From: Raillietiella orientalis
Lineage: Eukaryota
Direction of reading: 5' to 3'
NCBI GenBank assembly: GCA_036172245.1
Contig: JAYWIR010000038.1
Coordinates: 186,001 to 250,000 of the forward strand
Length of the DNA stretch: 64,000 nucleotides
The notes under the pieces are model-generated. The model saw only the letters and a list, made by a program, of their open reading frames with translations. It was not told the DNA's origin and did not search any database. Shown here piece after piece: positions 38,761-50,553 of this stretch (positions within the stretch are counted from its first letter, which is position 1; each line of letters starts with the position of its first letter). The position numbers and the translations under genes are program-made.

Positions 38761-39536
38761 TTCTAGGTTCTCCCGCGGACGGATGTCCAGTGAAAGGCGA
38801 AAGAGCTGAGCGTCCCGAGCAGGAGCCCGAGCCTGGAAAGGGAATATGAAGAAGAAAAGCAGAAGCCCTGCAGGAACCCTGCACCATCGCTTGCAAATGT
38901 CCTTAAGAAGTCAACATTTTCCAGAAGGTCCAACCAGAAGAGTCATCTCGGCAACGCAAATCTCTTGCAAGCTCATTTCCTGGACATTTTATCGTGGTTG
39001 CTGGACATTTTATCGAGAAGACTACAACGTGTGGTGGGTTGTACAGCTTACCTGTCCATGACATTTGGTGCTGTAGATGACTCCATTTCTATAGTCTCTA
39101 TTAGTTTATAGTTGACTATTTCTTGAGTGTCCTCGGTGAGATCAATGATAAATATTTTCTCTCCATTGTACTTACAGGTAGCGTCTGCCTTTTTACAGTT
39201 GGAATAGATATATAGCATCGTACTTGAGATATATATGTTTGGCGATGGTTGTTTTTCCGCTATTGTATCTGTAATCTGTGTACCAATGTATGTCCCTGCT
39301 GTTTGCTTCTTCTCTGAGCACACCTAGTAGGCTTTTTTGCCATTTTTTTTACGTTAGGTGTATCATGGGGTCGATTGTTTGTTGTATTTGGCTAATCTAA
39401 TGGAGTCCATGATGGATGTTCTGTGTATGTTTCTGGTTTGTTTTCCCATATCCATTTTTCGTTATGTCCTGTTTTTATGAGCTGAATGGTCTGGAAATAC
39501 GGTTTATATTGCTTGCTTACCTCTTCTTGGACTGTT

Positions 39537-40627
39537 TTTCTCCCGGGCGCGTCGGGGCGTTTCTCACAAACTATCTGGGAACGAGGTTCCCAGACAAAGG
39601 AAACAGAATTTCAAAGGGAGGACTCCCCGACACGAAGGTTGGTAAAACCGAAAGTCCGGAACGGGAGGGAGGGAACCACAAATACATATATAAAAAATAT
39701 AAATAAAGATATGGGGGGAGAGTTTGGGACCGAAAGACAGTCTTTGGTTTCGGCCGTTCCTTTCTTTCAGAACCGGCGTTGGATGCCGGAGATCTCCTTC
39801 CTCACGTCTTCTGGAAGATGAGGCCACCTGGCAGCCGACGTCATCTTCCCGTCGGCTATTCCGGTGACCTCTCGAAAAATCGCCTGCGAGTCCAGCTGAC
39901 GGTGGTCCGTGACGATGGGGCAGGTGCAACAGATCGTTGCGACGACCGCACCTAACGACAGGCCACCTGGCGTGAAGAAGCGGCGCATCAAATCCCTTGA
40001 GGTGTCCCCCTGAAGCAAGACAGCTGAGACCAGCCTCCGCCATAGTCCTTGGAGGCCACCGCAGTCGAAGAGCAGGTGCGGGAGCGTTTCCGTTTCTCCT
40101 CACCGTCCACAGTTCGGGGAGGTAACTCCCCCGGAAACAACGTTCGCGCGTTGGTTGCAATGGAAGCCCCAATGCACCAGCAAAAGCACGTCCTGTTTCC
40201 ATGAGAGGGGGGACACAGAAGTGTCCACGCACGAGGGAGAGACCACAAGTTCGTCGGGGGGCACACTAAGCAGTTCGTTCCATCGAAGGAGTCCCTTCGG
40301 GATGTTGAGAAGCGTGGCTGCGTCTGCCAGCTCGCTAGTCCTCCAGCCGCCCATGGGTCAGGTTGCACCTGCGATCGGGCAGGCGACCTCCCACCCCGCC
40401 GGTAGGCAACTGTCGTCTCTTGCCCTCAGGGCAGACAGCAATGCGTCAAGGGGCGTGGCAGCCAGGCTGATCCATTTGCTCTGGTCTCGCATCACATCCT
40501 CCAACGGAAGATAGGAGGAAAGGTGCACGCAAGGGAGTTCGGTTAGCGGCACTTCCTGATGCCTTGCCAGAACGATAACGCTTCCTGCCGTCAGCCGTTA
40601 AAGGCAGGCAGGAGGCAGGAGATCTAA
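39537..40627 (-). mobile_element. 5'-truncated L1/Tx1 element with 53-bp flanking direct repeat
   Basis: LLLVHWGFHCN...NCGR*GETETLPHLLFDCGGLQGLW zinc finger; 3' end GAGAAA-CGC-CCCGA-CGCGC-CCGGG; direct repeats at 39484-39536 and 40628-40680 (50/53 identical). Confidence 0.9.
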
Positions 40628-42639
40628 GAATGGTCTGGAAATACGGTTTATATTTCTTGCCTACTTCTTCTTGGACTGTTGGTGCGTTGGTATGTATCCG
40701 TGTTCCCAGGGTTGTTGGTCTTTAGAGCAGTAGGTTTTGTTTCTTTGTGGCGATCCTTTGGCGGTTTTGCTAAATGCCCAGATTGCTAAAAATTACATCT
40801 CCGTGCTGAAATTAGCTTGCAAAATCTCTCTGCAAGCTAATTTTTTTAAAAAGGAAACCACAGCAACCGAATTGAAGCAAGGTGCTTGTTCCGGCTACTT
40901 TGGGGGGGATTCTCGACGTGCAGGTGGACTCGCCTCTTTCGAAAGACGCTCGCATTAGCGCAACAAGTGCCGAGACCAATCCTTTCAATTCCGGATGACT
41001 GGGGGATTACGAGACGGTCGAGGGAGATGACGCGCACAGATTCAAACGTGGCGAAACTTTCGCGTTCATTCCGGCTCGCTTTCGGGGCGGAGGCCCGTGA
41101 GAAGTTCCACCTTCCTATTTCACCCATCTTCCCGGAAAGGGCATTCCAGAAACAGTACCTCCTCTAGGAATTGAAATTCGAATGACCAGCCTTGCGCTAC
41201 TTTTTTTTTTTTTTTGGAAACATCCGTGTTTGTTTTCTTTTTTCTTTTGTCAGGTGATAAAACACAATTACCACGTAGGTTTCTCTCGGTCAGGTCGAAC
41301 TCCCGAAATGAAGTCAGGAAGCTCGGACAACATCAGGGTTTCAAGTTGAGGAGCACATTATGGATCCATAACGGTCTTTGGGAAGAAAGCTCCGGAAATC
41401 TCACTTGGTGCTGCAAGACAACTTGCCAACGTACCACCTTTGGCCCCGAATGTCTTGGAACCACAAGCCATAGCCACAACATGAGGACTTCATGATTTCC
41501 AGTCACGACAGCATCTGATGTGCTGGAGGCTTCTTTTTGTAATTTTTGCTTATGATGTTCCCCTCTAGGACACAATTGCACAGGACACCCATGTGTCCCA
41601 TGCCATCTTGCCGGGAACTGTACTCGGCGTTGATGGTACGCAGGGCAGGAAATTTTCCCCTTGATGCTCTCTGTTCTTCTTCTTTAAAATTGAGGTTGCA
41701 ACTCCATGGCTTCGGTCACTGGCTGAAAAGCCGTATTCATTGGGTCCAAAGTTGCCCAAACCCGATTGGCGGGTAGGTCGAACAGACACCAGCAAGTAAT
41801 GGAATCCTCCCGCCACCTCGTCGAAATTTCACTCTGTCGAGAACATGCCGAAAGCTTCTCTTCTTGCATGCGCGACGTGCTTAGCAGAATTTGCCTGAGA
41901 TTTTCTGCAGCGGGCGTTTCCCTCGGCTTGACCACGCCGCCACCCGCAACCTGTAATGCGTTAGCGCGCAAGGACGCCGTCAGCAGCTTGGCGAACTTTC
42001 TTCTCGCGCGTTTCCACCGACAGATCTTGAAGGGTGTTTAGGGTTTCAGCGACAACACTGTCCCCACTGTCCTCACCGAAAGAGTCTTGACTGCAGTTGT
42101 AGATATCGACGTCTCTAGCGGAGCTGCAGCCGCCTGCTCTTGCATCGTTACCTCTTCATGAATCCTTCCGGACCGCGAGTTCGAAATCTATCCAACTATC
42201 AATCCGTCAAGCGGCGGAAAGACATGACCTCGGGGCACGAAACCGTCCGGTGAAACGAAAGCGCATACTTTTGGTGTGGGGCCACCCATCGGGAAGAGAA
42301 CAGACTGCTTCTTTGGAAGTGCCTCGCCCTAGGAGTTTCTTCAGACTCTTCTTCTTTGGCATGGCGACCCGCCTTGGCGCATGGATGGATGGGCGGCATG
42401 GGCCCGGTCGCAGATAAAAGACGGTGTGAGTTTTACATGGAGGACGCAGGGTCAGCGACTCCTCGCGGTTGCGAAGGCCCCACGGATGGTGGACTGCTTT
42501 TCCACAGAGATTCCGTCGGTTGCTGCCAGCAGCTGGCGAGGGTTTAGGGGGTTCGGCTTCTCCTGTCAGCCCCATCCTCCTCCTTCAATCAGGCGGCCGT
42601 GTCGTCACACGGCCGATTTTGATTTTCGATTTTTTTTTG

Positions 42640-44050
42640 CTCTCAGAGGGGTGCCGACCCATGTTCCCTCGTTTCGCGCCGGATTTGCTCCGACTGAGGT
42701 CGCTGCGAGGCGGGGCGCCGGGGTGCTCGCCTGCCGCTCGCTGCTCGAGAAGACCGCGGTCGCCTCGCGCGCTTTTGCGGAATCGCCTGGGAATTCTCCG
42801 GAGAAAACCCACCCTCCAGTATCTCAGGCCTCAACTCCTGCCCCTCCCTTTCCCCTTGATGGATGTTCCCGACCCGATTCGGTGTCTCTGAGAGATTCCG
42901 GGAGCAGCATCGGAAAAGCGTTCCTTGGGAGTGGGCGCACCTGCCGGGCGGAGTGGAGCGTGCCGTGTACGCGCAAGCGATGACGTCAGCAGACGACGAG
43001 CGCTCCGAGGAAACCTTCGGAAGACCTACTGGAACTTCTCCGCTGGTTTCGGAATCCCAACGAGAGCCGTTCCCCATGAGATTTTGGATCGCGCGAAGCT
43101 GCTTATCCAGATGTGGTTGCCGCCAGATGGAAAGAGGAGAGGCACGTTCTGATACCGTCGGAGGCAGAGATGCAGACGCCGCGCCGTTTCCCCGCGACCG
43201 ACGTCGCTGAAGTGAGTCCACCGAGGGCCGTGGGTGCCCCGTTGGTTGGGGAGCCGCGGAGTTCAAGCCTCGTCCGGCGAGACTTGGGCAGCAATTTCGG
43301 TGCTCCTCGGATGCGAGGCCACTCGAAAAAACGTTTAGGGCGGAGACGTTGCGTCGGGGCGTCTGGTGAGAGCAAACTGGTGCGTCGGCCCGAACGGGCT
43401 TTTCAGTTTCAACTCGGAGTGCGACCAGAGTGAGCCCAGGGCCCGGCGCGTATCGAACCTGGGAACAGCAGGCGAGGATCCTGCTGGCGAAGATTCCTGT
43501 CCGGGATCGATGTTGGCTCCAGTAACCAGGGACACGGGCCCTTCGAAAGTTGAAGCGTCCGGTAGGGGGGGAGGAGCCTCTCGCTGCAATCTCTGGAACG
43601 GAAATGCCCGTGTAACCCTTCCTTAGGAAGAGTCCTCCAACCAAGACTTGCCGGAAATGCTCGCGTGTTCGCCCATCCGGTCGGGTGCGGATTGGCCCCT
43701 GAGGCAGGTAGCGCTTCCTCGACCTTTGCGTTGCTTGTTGCTTCTGCTGTGTAAAAATAAACGCCCCGAGGGACCCGGGTGAGGATGCGCTTCCTGTTTC
43801 TCCTGCCGAGCGCAGCTTCGGGGACCCCCCGGGAGACGCGCCGGCGAAAGCGGCGGTGCCCCTAGGCGATTGGGTGCGACCCTGGAGATCTTCCTCGCCT
43901 TCTCGAGGCAAGCAGACCCACCCCGTGAGTCTGCCAAGACACCGGAGTGTGCACCCGCGGAGGTGTCCGATCTGGTCCAGTCTGGATGCCTCGCTCGCCG
44001 TGCTGCCATGGAAACGACCATCGACTTCGTTCCGTTCGCACCCCTCGGCG
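42640..44050 (-). mobile_element. GC-rich decayed ORF1-like sequence (downstream half of the target split by the 44051-46741 insertion); includes a short plus-strand L1 3' end at ~43620-43785
   Basis: The frame continues across the TSD (..RKSSPRG|ANGTKSM..); AATAAA-CGC-CCCGA-GGGAC-CCGGG at 43756-43779. Confidence 0.45.
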
Positions 44051-45730
44051 TTGCCACCCGGGTACGCCGGGGCGTTTATTCAAATTCTCTTACAAATGTG
44101 GTACTAGACCCCACTACAGCCAACACAACTCTGGACCTGCCGGGTCGCCGGTACGCAGACCGGCATGACTCTCCTCGGCAGTGGAAGGGGATGGAGAAAA
44201 AACAAAAAGAAAAAAAAAAGACTTTGGAGGGCCGGGAAAGGATCACTGGACACTGGGAGGAAGGTCCATCCTTTGCAGTATGCCCTCGAGGTCCTTCTGC
44301 ATTTTACCCAGGTGGGGCCATCGGGTTGTTCTCCGCAGGAAGCGAACTGCATCCTCGATGACGTCCGATGACGTTGGCATCTTCATCGTCGGCTTCACTC
44401 CAGGCCGCCGCAAGCCCACGGATGCAGCAAAGTGCTGCCAGGGTTGCGGCTGGCTGCAGGACGTCCCGCACGAAGAGAAGCCGAAAAAGGTCCCTGGGGG
44501 TGTTGCCAACCGGGATCCGTATGGAGGTAGCAAAATGTTCCCACAAGGGCCGGAGGGCAGCGCAGTCCACTAACAGGTGGGGGAGGGATTCCTTCTCCCC
44601 GCACACTGCACAGTTCTGTCCTACCTTCTCCAACGTCCAGTGATGGCGGCACGCGTTGCAGGGAAGACCCCAGTGCAGCAGCAGCAGCGCCGTTCCCTGC
44701 CACTTGAGGGGGAGGGTGGACGTATCTGTAAATACCGGGAGCCACTTTAGGTCATCCAGCGGGATGCCCAGCAGCTCGCCCCGTCTACGAATTCCTCGCG
44801 GGAGGACGCTCAGGATTTCGGTGTCAGCCAGTTCCCTCGTGGTCCAGCCGCTCATCATCTGCTCCCTGCCCGCTATCCGGCAGGAGACTTGCCACCTCGA
44901 CGTTCGGCTGCTGCCGAGCGCCCTCCTCAGGAAGGGCAGCGCCGTGGACAGTGGGTCGTCTCCGCCCACGTGCTTCTGGCGGGACACTCGAGCATGTTCC
45001 GCAGCGTGCAGCAGGCGTAGATGCCGGATCGCAGAGAGTTCCAGGATTCACCTCCGGACTGGTTGAGCTTCGTCCACGTGTCAACTGTTTCTTCCAGCTA
45101 TGCGCTGGAGTTGGCGGGGCTGCAGGCCATCCATCCGTTCTCCTTTGCCAGGGTGGCCATGCGTCCGAGGAGGAGGCCGTATCTTATTTTCCGTCCCGGG
45201 CACAGAAGAAAAGACGCGAGTCCTTCGGTCCCGGACACACGCCTGGCGAGGAGGCGGGCTGGAACGCACCAAGGGGTGCTCCACATCTTCGCTGCGATGG
45301 CCATGGTGCGCCATCGCAGCTGTATCTCCACGCGCTTTAGCGTCAGGAGGCTAAGACCGCCGTCCCGACGCGGAGCGCACAAGTCCTTCAGAGGCACTCG
45401 GGGCCTCCCCTTGCCCCAAAGGGCGATGCAGGGGAGGTCCTTGGTCCTTTTCTTCACAACGACGGGGACGGGCAAACAAAAAGTAGGGGGCGCAGGATGG
45501 GGGTCGCAAACGCGTTCCAAACCGCGGCCCGTTCCGGCACCTGTTTCGCGTATCAGCAAAGTGAGTTCATTACCAGGGGGGAAGCTCTGCTGAGAAGCAT
45601 TGAAAAAACTCCGCGGGCAGGCCGTCCTCCCCTGGTGCCTTACACCTCTTGAGCCCTTTAATCCCGGCGAGAATCTCACCGGTCTCAAAGGTCGTAAAGG
45701 TCGTAATAATCTCGTCGAGGCTATCCTTCT
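44051..45730 (-). pseudogene. L1/Tx1 ORF2 remnant: RT domain 0 fused to thumb and zf-RVT, then 3' UTR
   Basis: EILAGIKGLKRCKAPGEDGLPAEFF (~45690-45600); ALWGKGRPRV..LCAPRRDGGLSL; HWGLPCN...CAVCGEKESLPHLLVDCAALRPLW; AATAAA at 44080-44075 plus hairpin. Confidence 0.92.
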
Positions 45731-45734
45731 CCTC

Positions 45735-46741
45735 GGCCTAGGATGATGGAAATCCTTGGGTTCTCCTTTTTCTTCCGTTTTCGCTGTTTTCCTTCTAGCT
45801 TTTTTCGTATTTTTTAAGAGTTTTCTTTTTTTTGGTTCGCTAAGTACCTCAGAGCCGGTCGCGTGCCTCGCGGCGCACGTGGCTCTTTTAAACACTGTTT
45901 TGGTTCCACGCCTCTCCTCTGCGACAACCCCGCAGGGGGGCGTGTAATTCTTTAGTGTAATTCTTCAGGATAGGGGGCACCCCGGGATGGGGGTCCGCCC
46001 TATGAATCCAGGAAGGGCTCGGAGTCGTTCCTCTCACGCTTGGGGAGGAATTACCCCCGGACGGGGGATCGCACCTCCCACCCTCGTTGTCTCCGAAGGG
46101 GAACCCCAAAGGGAATCTCCTTCCTTATTCTCTCCAGAGGGAACCCCTCTCCATTTCATCTTCTCCGAAGGGAACCCGGAAAGGATCCGCTAGTAGGAAT
46201 TTCTTCTCCGGAGGGAACCCGCAAGGGAACCGCTCCTGTTTACCCCTCTGAAGAGAACCCCGAAGGGACGCTTCCGAAACTCAGAAGAGGCGCTGCAGCT
46301 TCCCACAGGGAATCGCTTTCGCTTGCTTCCTTGTGCACTCTGTGAAGAGGCGACGACTCGGAGGGACCCCCCAACAGGGGGAGTCCGCTCCTTTTAACAA
46401 CTAGAGAGGTGCCCCTGAGGGCTCCTGCTCCATCTTGAAACCGGAAGGGTCCCCCCGGTGAGGGGGGTCCGCTCTCTGTTGCATGACAGGAGGGGGAACT
46501 CCCCACTCCTTTATTCCTGGGAAGACCCGAAGGTCAATTTCCCTTTGTTCCGGCCTTCATCGGGGACTTCCGGTTTGAACCTCTATCGGTGCCGCGCCCG
46601 AATGTTTGTAGGCCAACCAGCGCCATCTTGCAGGAGAAACTCGGAACCCAACGATGCAGTGGCGTCCGTTTCTGCCGGAGTATTCGGACCCGCGACTCAT
46701 GTGCCACGCGCGGAAGCCTTAACCACAAAACCTCTGACGCG
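45735..46741 (-). mobile_element. SINE-like element copy F (diverged, five internal modules)
   Basis: Collinear with B/D/E from the head (GCGTCAGAGG..GTGGTTAAGG) to AAGGATTTCCATCATCCTA. Confidence 0.85.
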
Positions 46742-46751
46742 CCCCTCGGCG

Positions 46752-49150
46752 AGGACTTCCTCTCCGCCGGGGTGAACGTGGGCGGCGGCGGAGGAGGCTG
46801 CGCCCTCAGGGACGGGAGGTCTTCGCTGGGGCGCTCCGGTTCCACAGTGCCGCTCCCCGAGGGACTCTCCTGCCGCATCTTCGGGCTCGGTGGCCGACTC
46901 GCCACAGGCAATGCCCCGCCACGTGCAGGTACAGCGGCGGCTGCCAGGATGGGGGAGAGAAAAGGGGCTGCGGTCGGTATCCTGGAAAGCCACCGGCAGT
47001 CGGCATAGCCTGTGTGTATGGCGAGGGCGGCGGAAGGGTCCAGTAGGGGAACACAGGAAAGACTTCAAATGCCTGCGGGAGATCAGGGCCCGAACCGGTG
47101 CCAGAGCGGCCACCACCAACAGCCTGCGGTCCGTTCCCTCCTCTCTTTCTCCGCTCCGTCCCCTTAGGATTCGGGCCGACGTATGCCGGCCCTTCGACTC
47201 TGCTATTTGCGTTCCCCTACTAGAAGAGAACGGCCTGGAGGCCCCGGGCGAGCAGGTCACGCGGGGACGCTCCCCGTGGGACCGCGTGCTAGAAGAAGCG
47301 GTCAGGGTGCGAGTGGGTTAGAAGGGGCGGGACCTTCCTCCACAGTAAGGTCTGCGGCGGGCGGCCGCCCTGCTCCGGGAGGCGTCCTGGGGGCGCGCCT
47401 GCTCACGAGCGGCTTGCCCGGAGGGGTGACGAGTGGGGTGGGGTGGGGGCGGTAAACGAAGCCAACGAAAGGAACAGCAGCAGCCGAAGCATTTTCGGGA
47501 GGGCCGGGAGCTCAGGGAAGGCTCTGTGGCATCCTGCCCGGGGCGCAGTCGAGCTCCCCCTTGCAGAGTGTGAGAGTGCAGCCATCTTGTCTCCACCCTC
47601 AGGAAGGGGGATGCTGTACGATCTCCTCCCTCCTCCGTGCGCCGACACGCACGGAGGGAGGGGGAGCGTGTAGGCGCTCCTTTCCAGCCTCCCTCTGGAG
47701 GATTGGAGGGCTGCGGCGAAACGCTCCCGCGCGCTCTGGAGTGCAACGCGCTCGCTAGGCTGGGAAGGCCCTCCTCCCGGGGACAAACTGTCCCACGGTC
47801 CGGTGGAGGCAAGGCATGTCGTGAGGGATGGCCCGAGGCAGAGGTTGCAGCGCCGAGTGCTGCCACCTCCAGGGGAGGCGCGGAGCTTACCGGGGGAGGT
47901 CGGCGGGAACCTCGGTGTTCCAGGTGGAACCGCGCGGCGGAGAGGCCCCTCGAAGGGCCCGTGGAACGGACAGAGGCATCCTGCTAGATGCGCTGGAGCT
48001 CTCTCCCCTCCATCTTGCGGCGTGACTGCGCCAACGGCTCCAGGGGAGCTGCTGCTCTGTAACGGTTGTCGGAAGCGCGCCACTTTGCAGCGAGGATCGA
48101 GTGGTTGCTTGGCGATGGTTGGATTCTCTCTTGCCCCGTGGAGGCAGAGTTGGGTCGACCAGGCTGGTCTTCGTGGGTTCCCGTTCTTTTGGGCCGGCGG
48201 CCCATCAGAGAGGAGGTTCTCGCGCTGCCGCCGGCCCCTCCCCGTCGTCCCCGCCTGAAGGTGGCCCTCGAACGTAGTCCGGTCGAGCTCGGGCTCGGTC
48301 GAGTCAGCCTTTGGCTTCAGTCAGAGCGTGCTAGTCCTGTTCCCGCGTCCCGAACGACGAGCGGACGTGGGGGACAGCCGTTCCCTCAAGGGTTCGCCAG
48401 CCAAGGGACGCGCGAGCTCTCGGTGGTTAGAAAACACCCACATACAAGAAGCGACGGTTGTACCGGCAATCGTCTCAAGTCTCCGCATCTCTGTGTTCTA
48501 GATGAGGCGCAGTCCTTCGAACGGCCCCATCTGGGAAGAGGTTCCCGACTGGCGTGCTGAGGCCACCCCTGCTTCCGTTTGGGTGGGTGGGTGGGGGCAA
48601 CCCACGCTGCTGGAGGGGAAGGACCAGCTGAATCCTCAACGGCCCGGGCGTCTCCAGAAAGATGACCGGCGTCTTCTTTCCCGATCTCGCGGGAGGCGGG
48701 AGCGGCGGTGCGGTACTCCAAAAGTGTCCTCTGGTGCGGCGGCGCCACTGGCAGGAGTTGCCACGGCTCACCCAAGGGCGCCGGAGGACAGGCGAGGGAA
48801 CGATCCCGCTTGTCCTATGTCCGTCTCCCGGCAGCCTCGGGCTGGCGACTCTCCCGAGGCAGATCGTCAGCCGCCGCGCCCTTCCGGAAAGCGCACCAGA
48901 TCGGAGCCTTCGGCTTTCGAGGACCGTGCTCTTTCTCCGGTCTCTTACGGCCGCTGGGGACCGGCATCCGCGGGTGCATGGAGCCCCTTGGATTTCCCTC
49001 AGGCAAGTGACCACTTTTTTGGGGAGGGGCTCTCAGAAGTACTCAAAAACCGCTGCTCTACCCTCCAGGCATCGTAGCGGCTACGACAACGCATAAGGGG
49101 GCTCACAGGGCCCTCTTCCACCGCCCGCACCCCAAGTGAGCTCCAAGTGC
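46752..49150 (-). mobile_element. GC-rich decayed L1/Tx1 ORF1-like region
   Basis: Pro/Arg-rich broken frames with Cys/His clusters near 48400-49000; no intact ORF. Confidence 0.4.
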
Positions 49151-49410
49151 TCACTCCCAAGGTGTCCACTCGCAGCTGGAGACTGCAAGTCAACGGGGAC
49201 ATTCAGCCGCACGTGCGGGAACATCCTTACAACGCACACCCCGTAACCTGAAGCGAGCTCAGCGCCATCTCGCGGGGAAACTCAGAACCCGCGACGCACC
49301 CGACTAGGCTCCGGTCGGTCGTGTCCTGAGGTGCGCGCCTGGGAATGCACCCGTGCTCTGAGTCCCCTGCGAAGTCTCCTAAGTCACCACCTATTGGAAG
49401 GTGCGCCGCG
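49150..49410 (-). mobile_element. Highly diverged homolog of the SINE head (copy J)
   Basis: GGTGCGTCGCGGGTTCTGAGTTTCCCCGCGAGATGGCGCTG vs SINE AGTGCGTCGTGGGTTCCGAGTTCACCCCACAAGATGACGCTG; ATGTCCCCGTTGACT vs copy I ATGACCCCGTTGACT. Confidence 0.6.
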
Positions 49411-49599
49411 GGACAGAACGAAGTGGTTCCGTCTGGTCTCCACCGTCCCCTGCCTCAACGCCGTCTGCCCCGAGGGAGAGCAACGACAGACTCCAAGCGG
49501 CAGGGCGGGACTTCTGCACTGTCGCCTCAGGGGTTACGAAACTTCCGGGCTACGAGCGAGCTGGTGGACGCCGCCGCTGATCCGCATTCCCGGGCAGTG

Positions 49600-50240
49600 C
49601 CATCCGGTCACCCCGGGTGTTTATTAAAACTCTTCTATACGTTTGTGGTACAAGGCCCCACTACGGTCAAGACATCATGGGACCTGTCGGGTCGCAGATA
49701 CGCAGACCGACTCTCCTCTCCTCGGCAGCGGAGGAAAATGGGGAAAAACAAGAAAAATAAAACAAAAATTAAAAAAAGAAAGAATTTGGAGGACCGGGAA
49801 AGGATCACCGTCCTCTGGGTGGAGGGTTCATCCTTTTCAGGATGCCGTCGAGGTCCATCCGAATGTTTCCCAAGTGAGGCCACCGTGTAGCAATCCTCAG
49901 GAAGCGGACTGCAAACTCTATGAGGTCCCTTTCGTTGCTTCCTCCGCTTGCGTCTCTCCATGCTGCTACAATCCCCTCGGACGCAGCAAAGCGATGCCAG
50001 GGTTGCGGCTGGTCGCAGAGCGTCCTGCAGCAGGAAGAGGAGCCGAAAAACGTCCCTGGGAGGGCAGCCAACTGGGATCCGGAGGGTCGTCAAGAAACGT
50101 TCCCACAAGGGCCGGAGGGCAACGCAGTCCACTAACAAGTGGGGGAGGGATTTCCTTTCCCCACACCTGGCGGCAGTTCGGGTTCATCCTCCCCAACGTC
50201 CAGTGGTGGCGGCGCGCATTGCAGGGGAGACCCTAGTGCA
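49600..50240 (-). mobile_element. L1/Tx1 3' fragment (zf-RVT to terminal hairpin)
   Basis: LVDCVALRPLWERF; close paralog of 44051-44680; AATAAA at 49625-49620 plus CCCGG-GGTGA-CCGGA. Confidence 0.9.
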
Positions 50241-50244
50241 ACAC

Positions 50245-50553
50245 CCGCGTGACAGCCGCTCACATGAGGAAGGCTGAGGGGTGACCTCATCTGAAAGAGG
50301 AAGTCAAGACGGAGATCGCCGGCATCCAGCTCCGGTTATAGGAGCAGAGAGCGCCGAAACCGGCGACTTCCACCCGTCCCCTCCCACCCCTTGTCTATCT
50401 ATTGCCTCTCACCTCCACCCGTTCCGTTCTTCCAGCGGAGACTCTTCCCTTGGCGTTATCCTCCCCTTGGGCTTTTTTTCTTTTCCTTTGGAACCCTGTT
50501 CTCGGCTCGATGTTACTTTCGAAAAAAACGTCCCGGCATGACCGGGTAAAAAA
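50245..50553 (+). mobile_element. L1/Tx1 3' fragment (ORF2 C-terminus, 3' UTR, hairpin)
   Basis: Homologous to 11810-11900 and the reverse complement of 39750-39830; ends CCCGG-CATGA-CCGGG-TAAAAAA. Confidence 0.75.

Larger units (their letters stand above)
44051..46741 (-). mobile_element. Composite SINE-L1 insertion with 10-bp TSD
   Basis: CCCCTCGGCG at 44041-44050 and 46742-46751, abutting the L1 3' terminus and the SINE 5' terminus respectively. Confidence 0.75.

Noticed and set aside
46091..46275. CRISPR array
   Set aside because: Units are degenerate, linkers are short and low-complexity, the context is eukaryotic and there are no cas genes.
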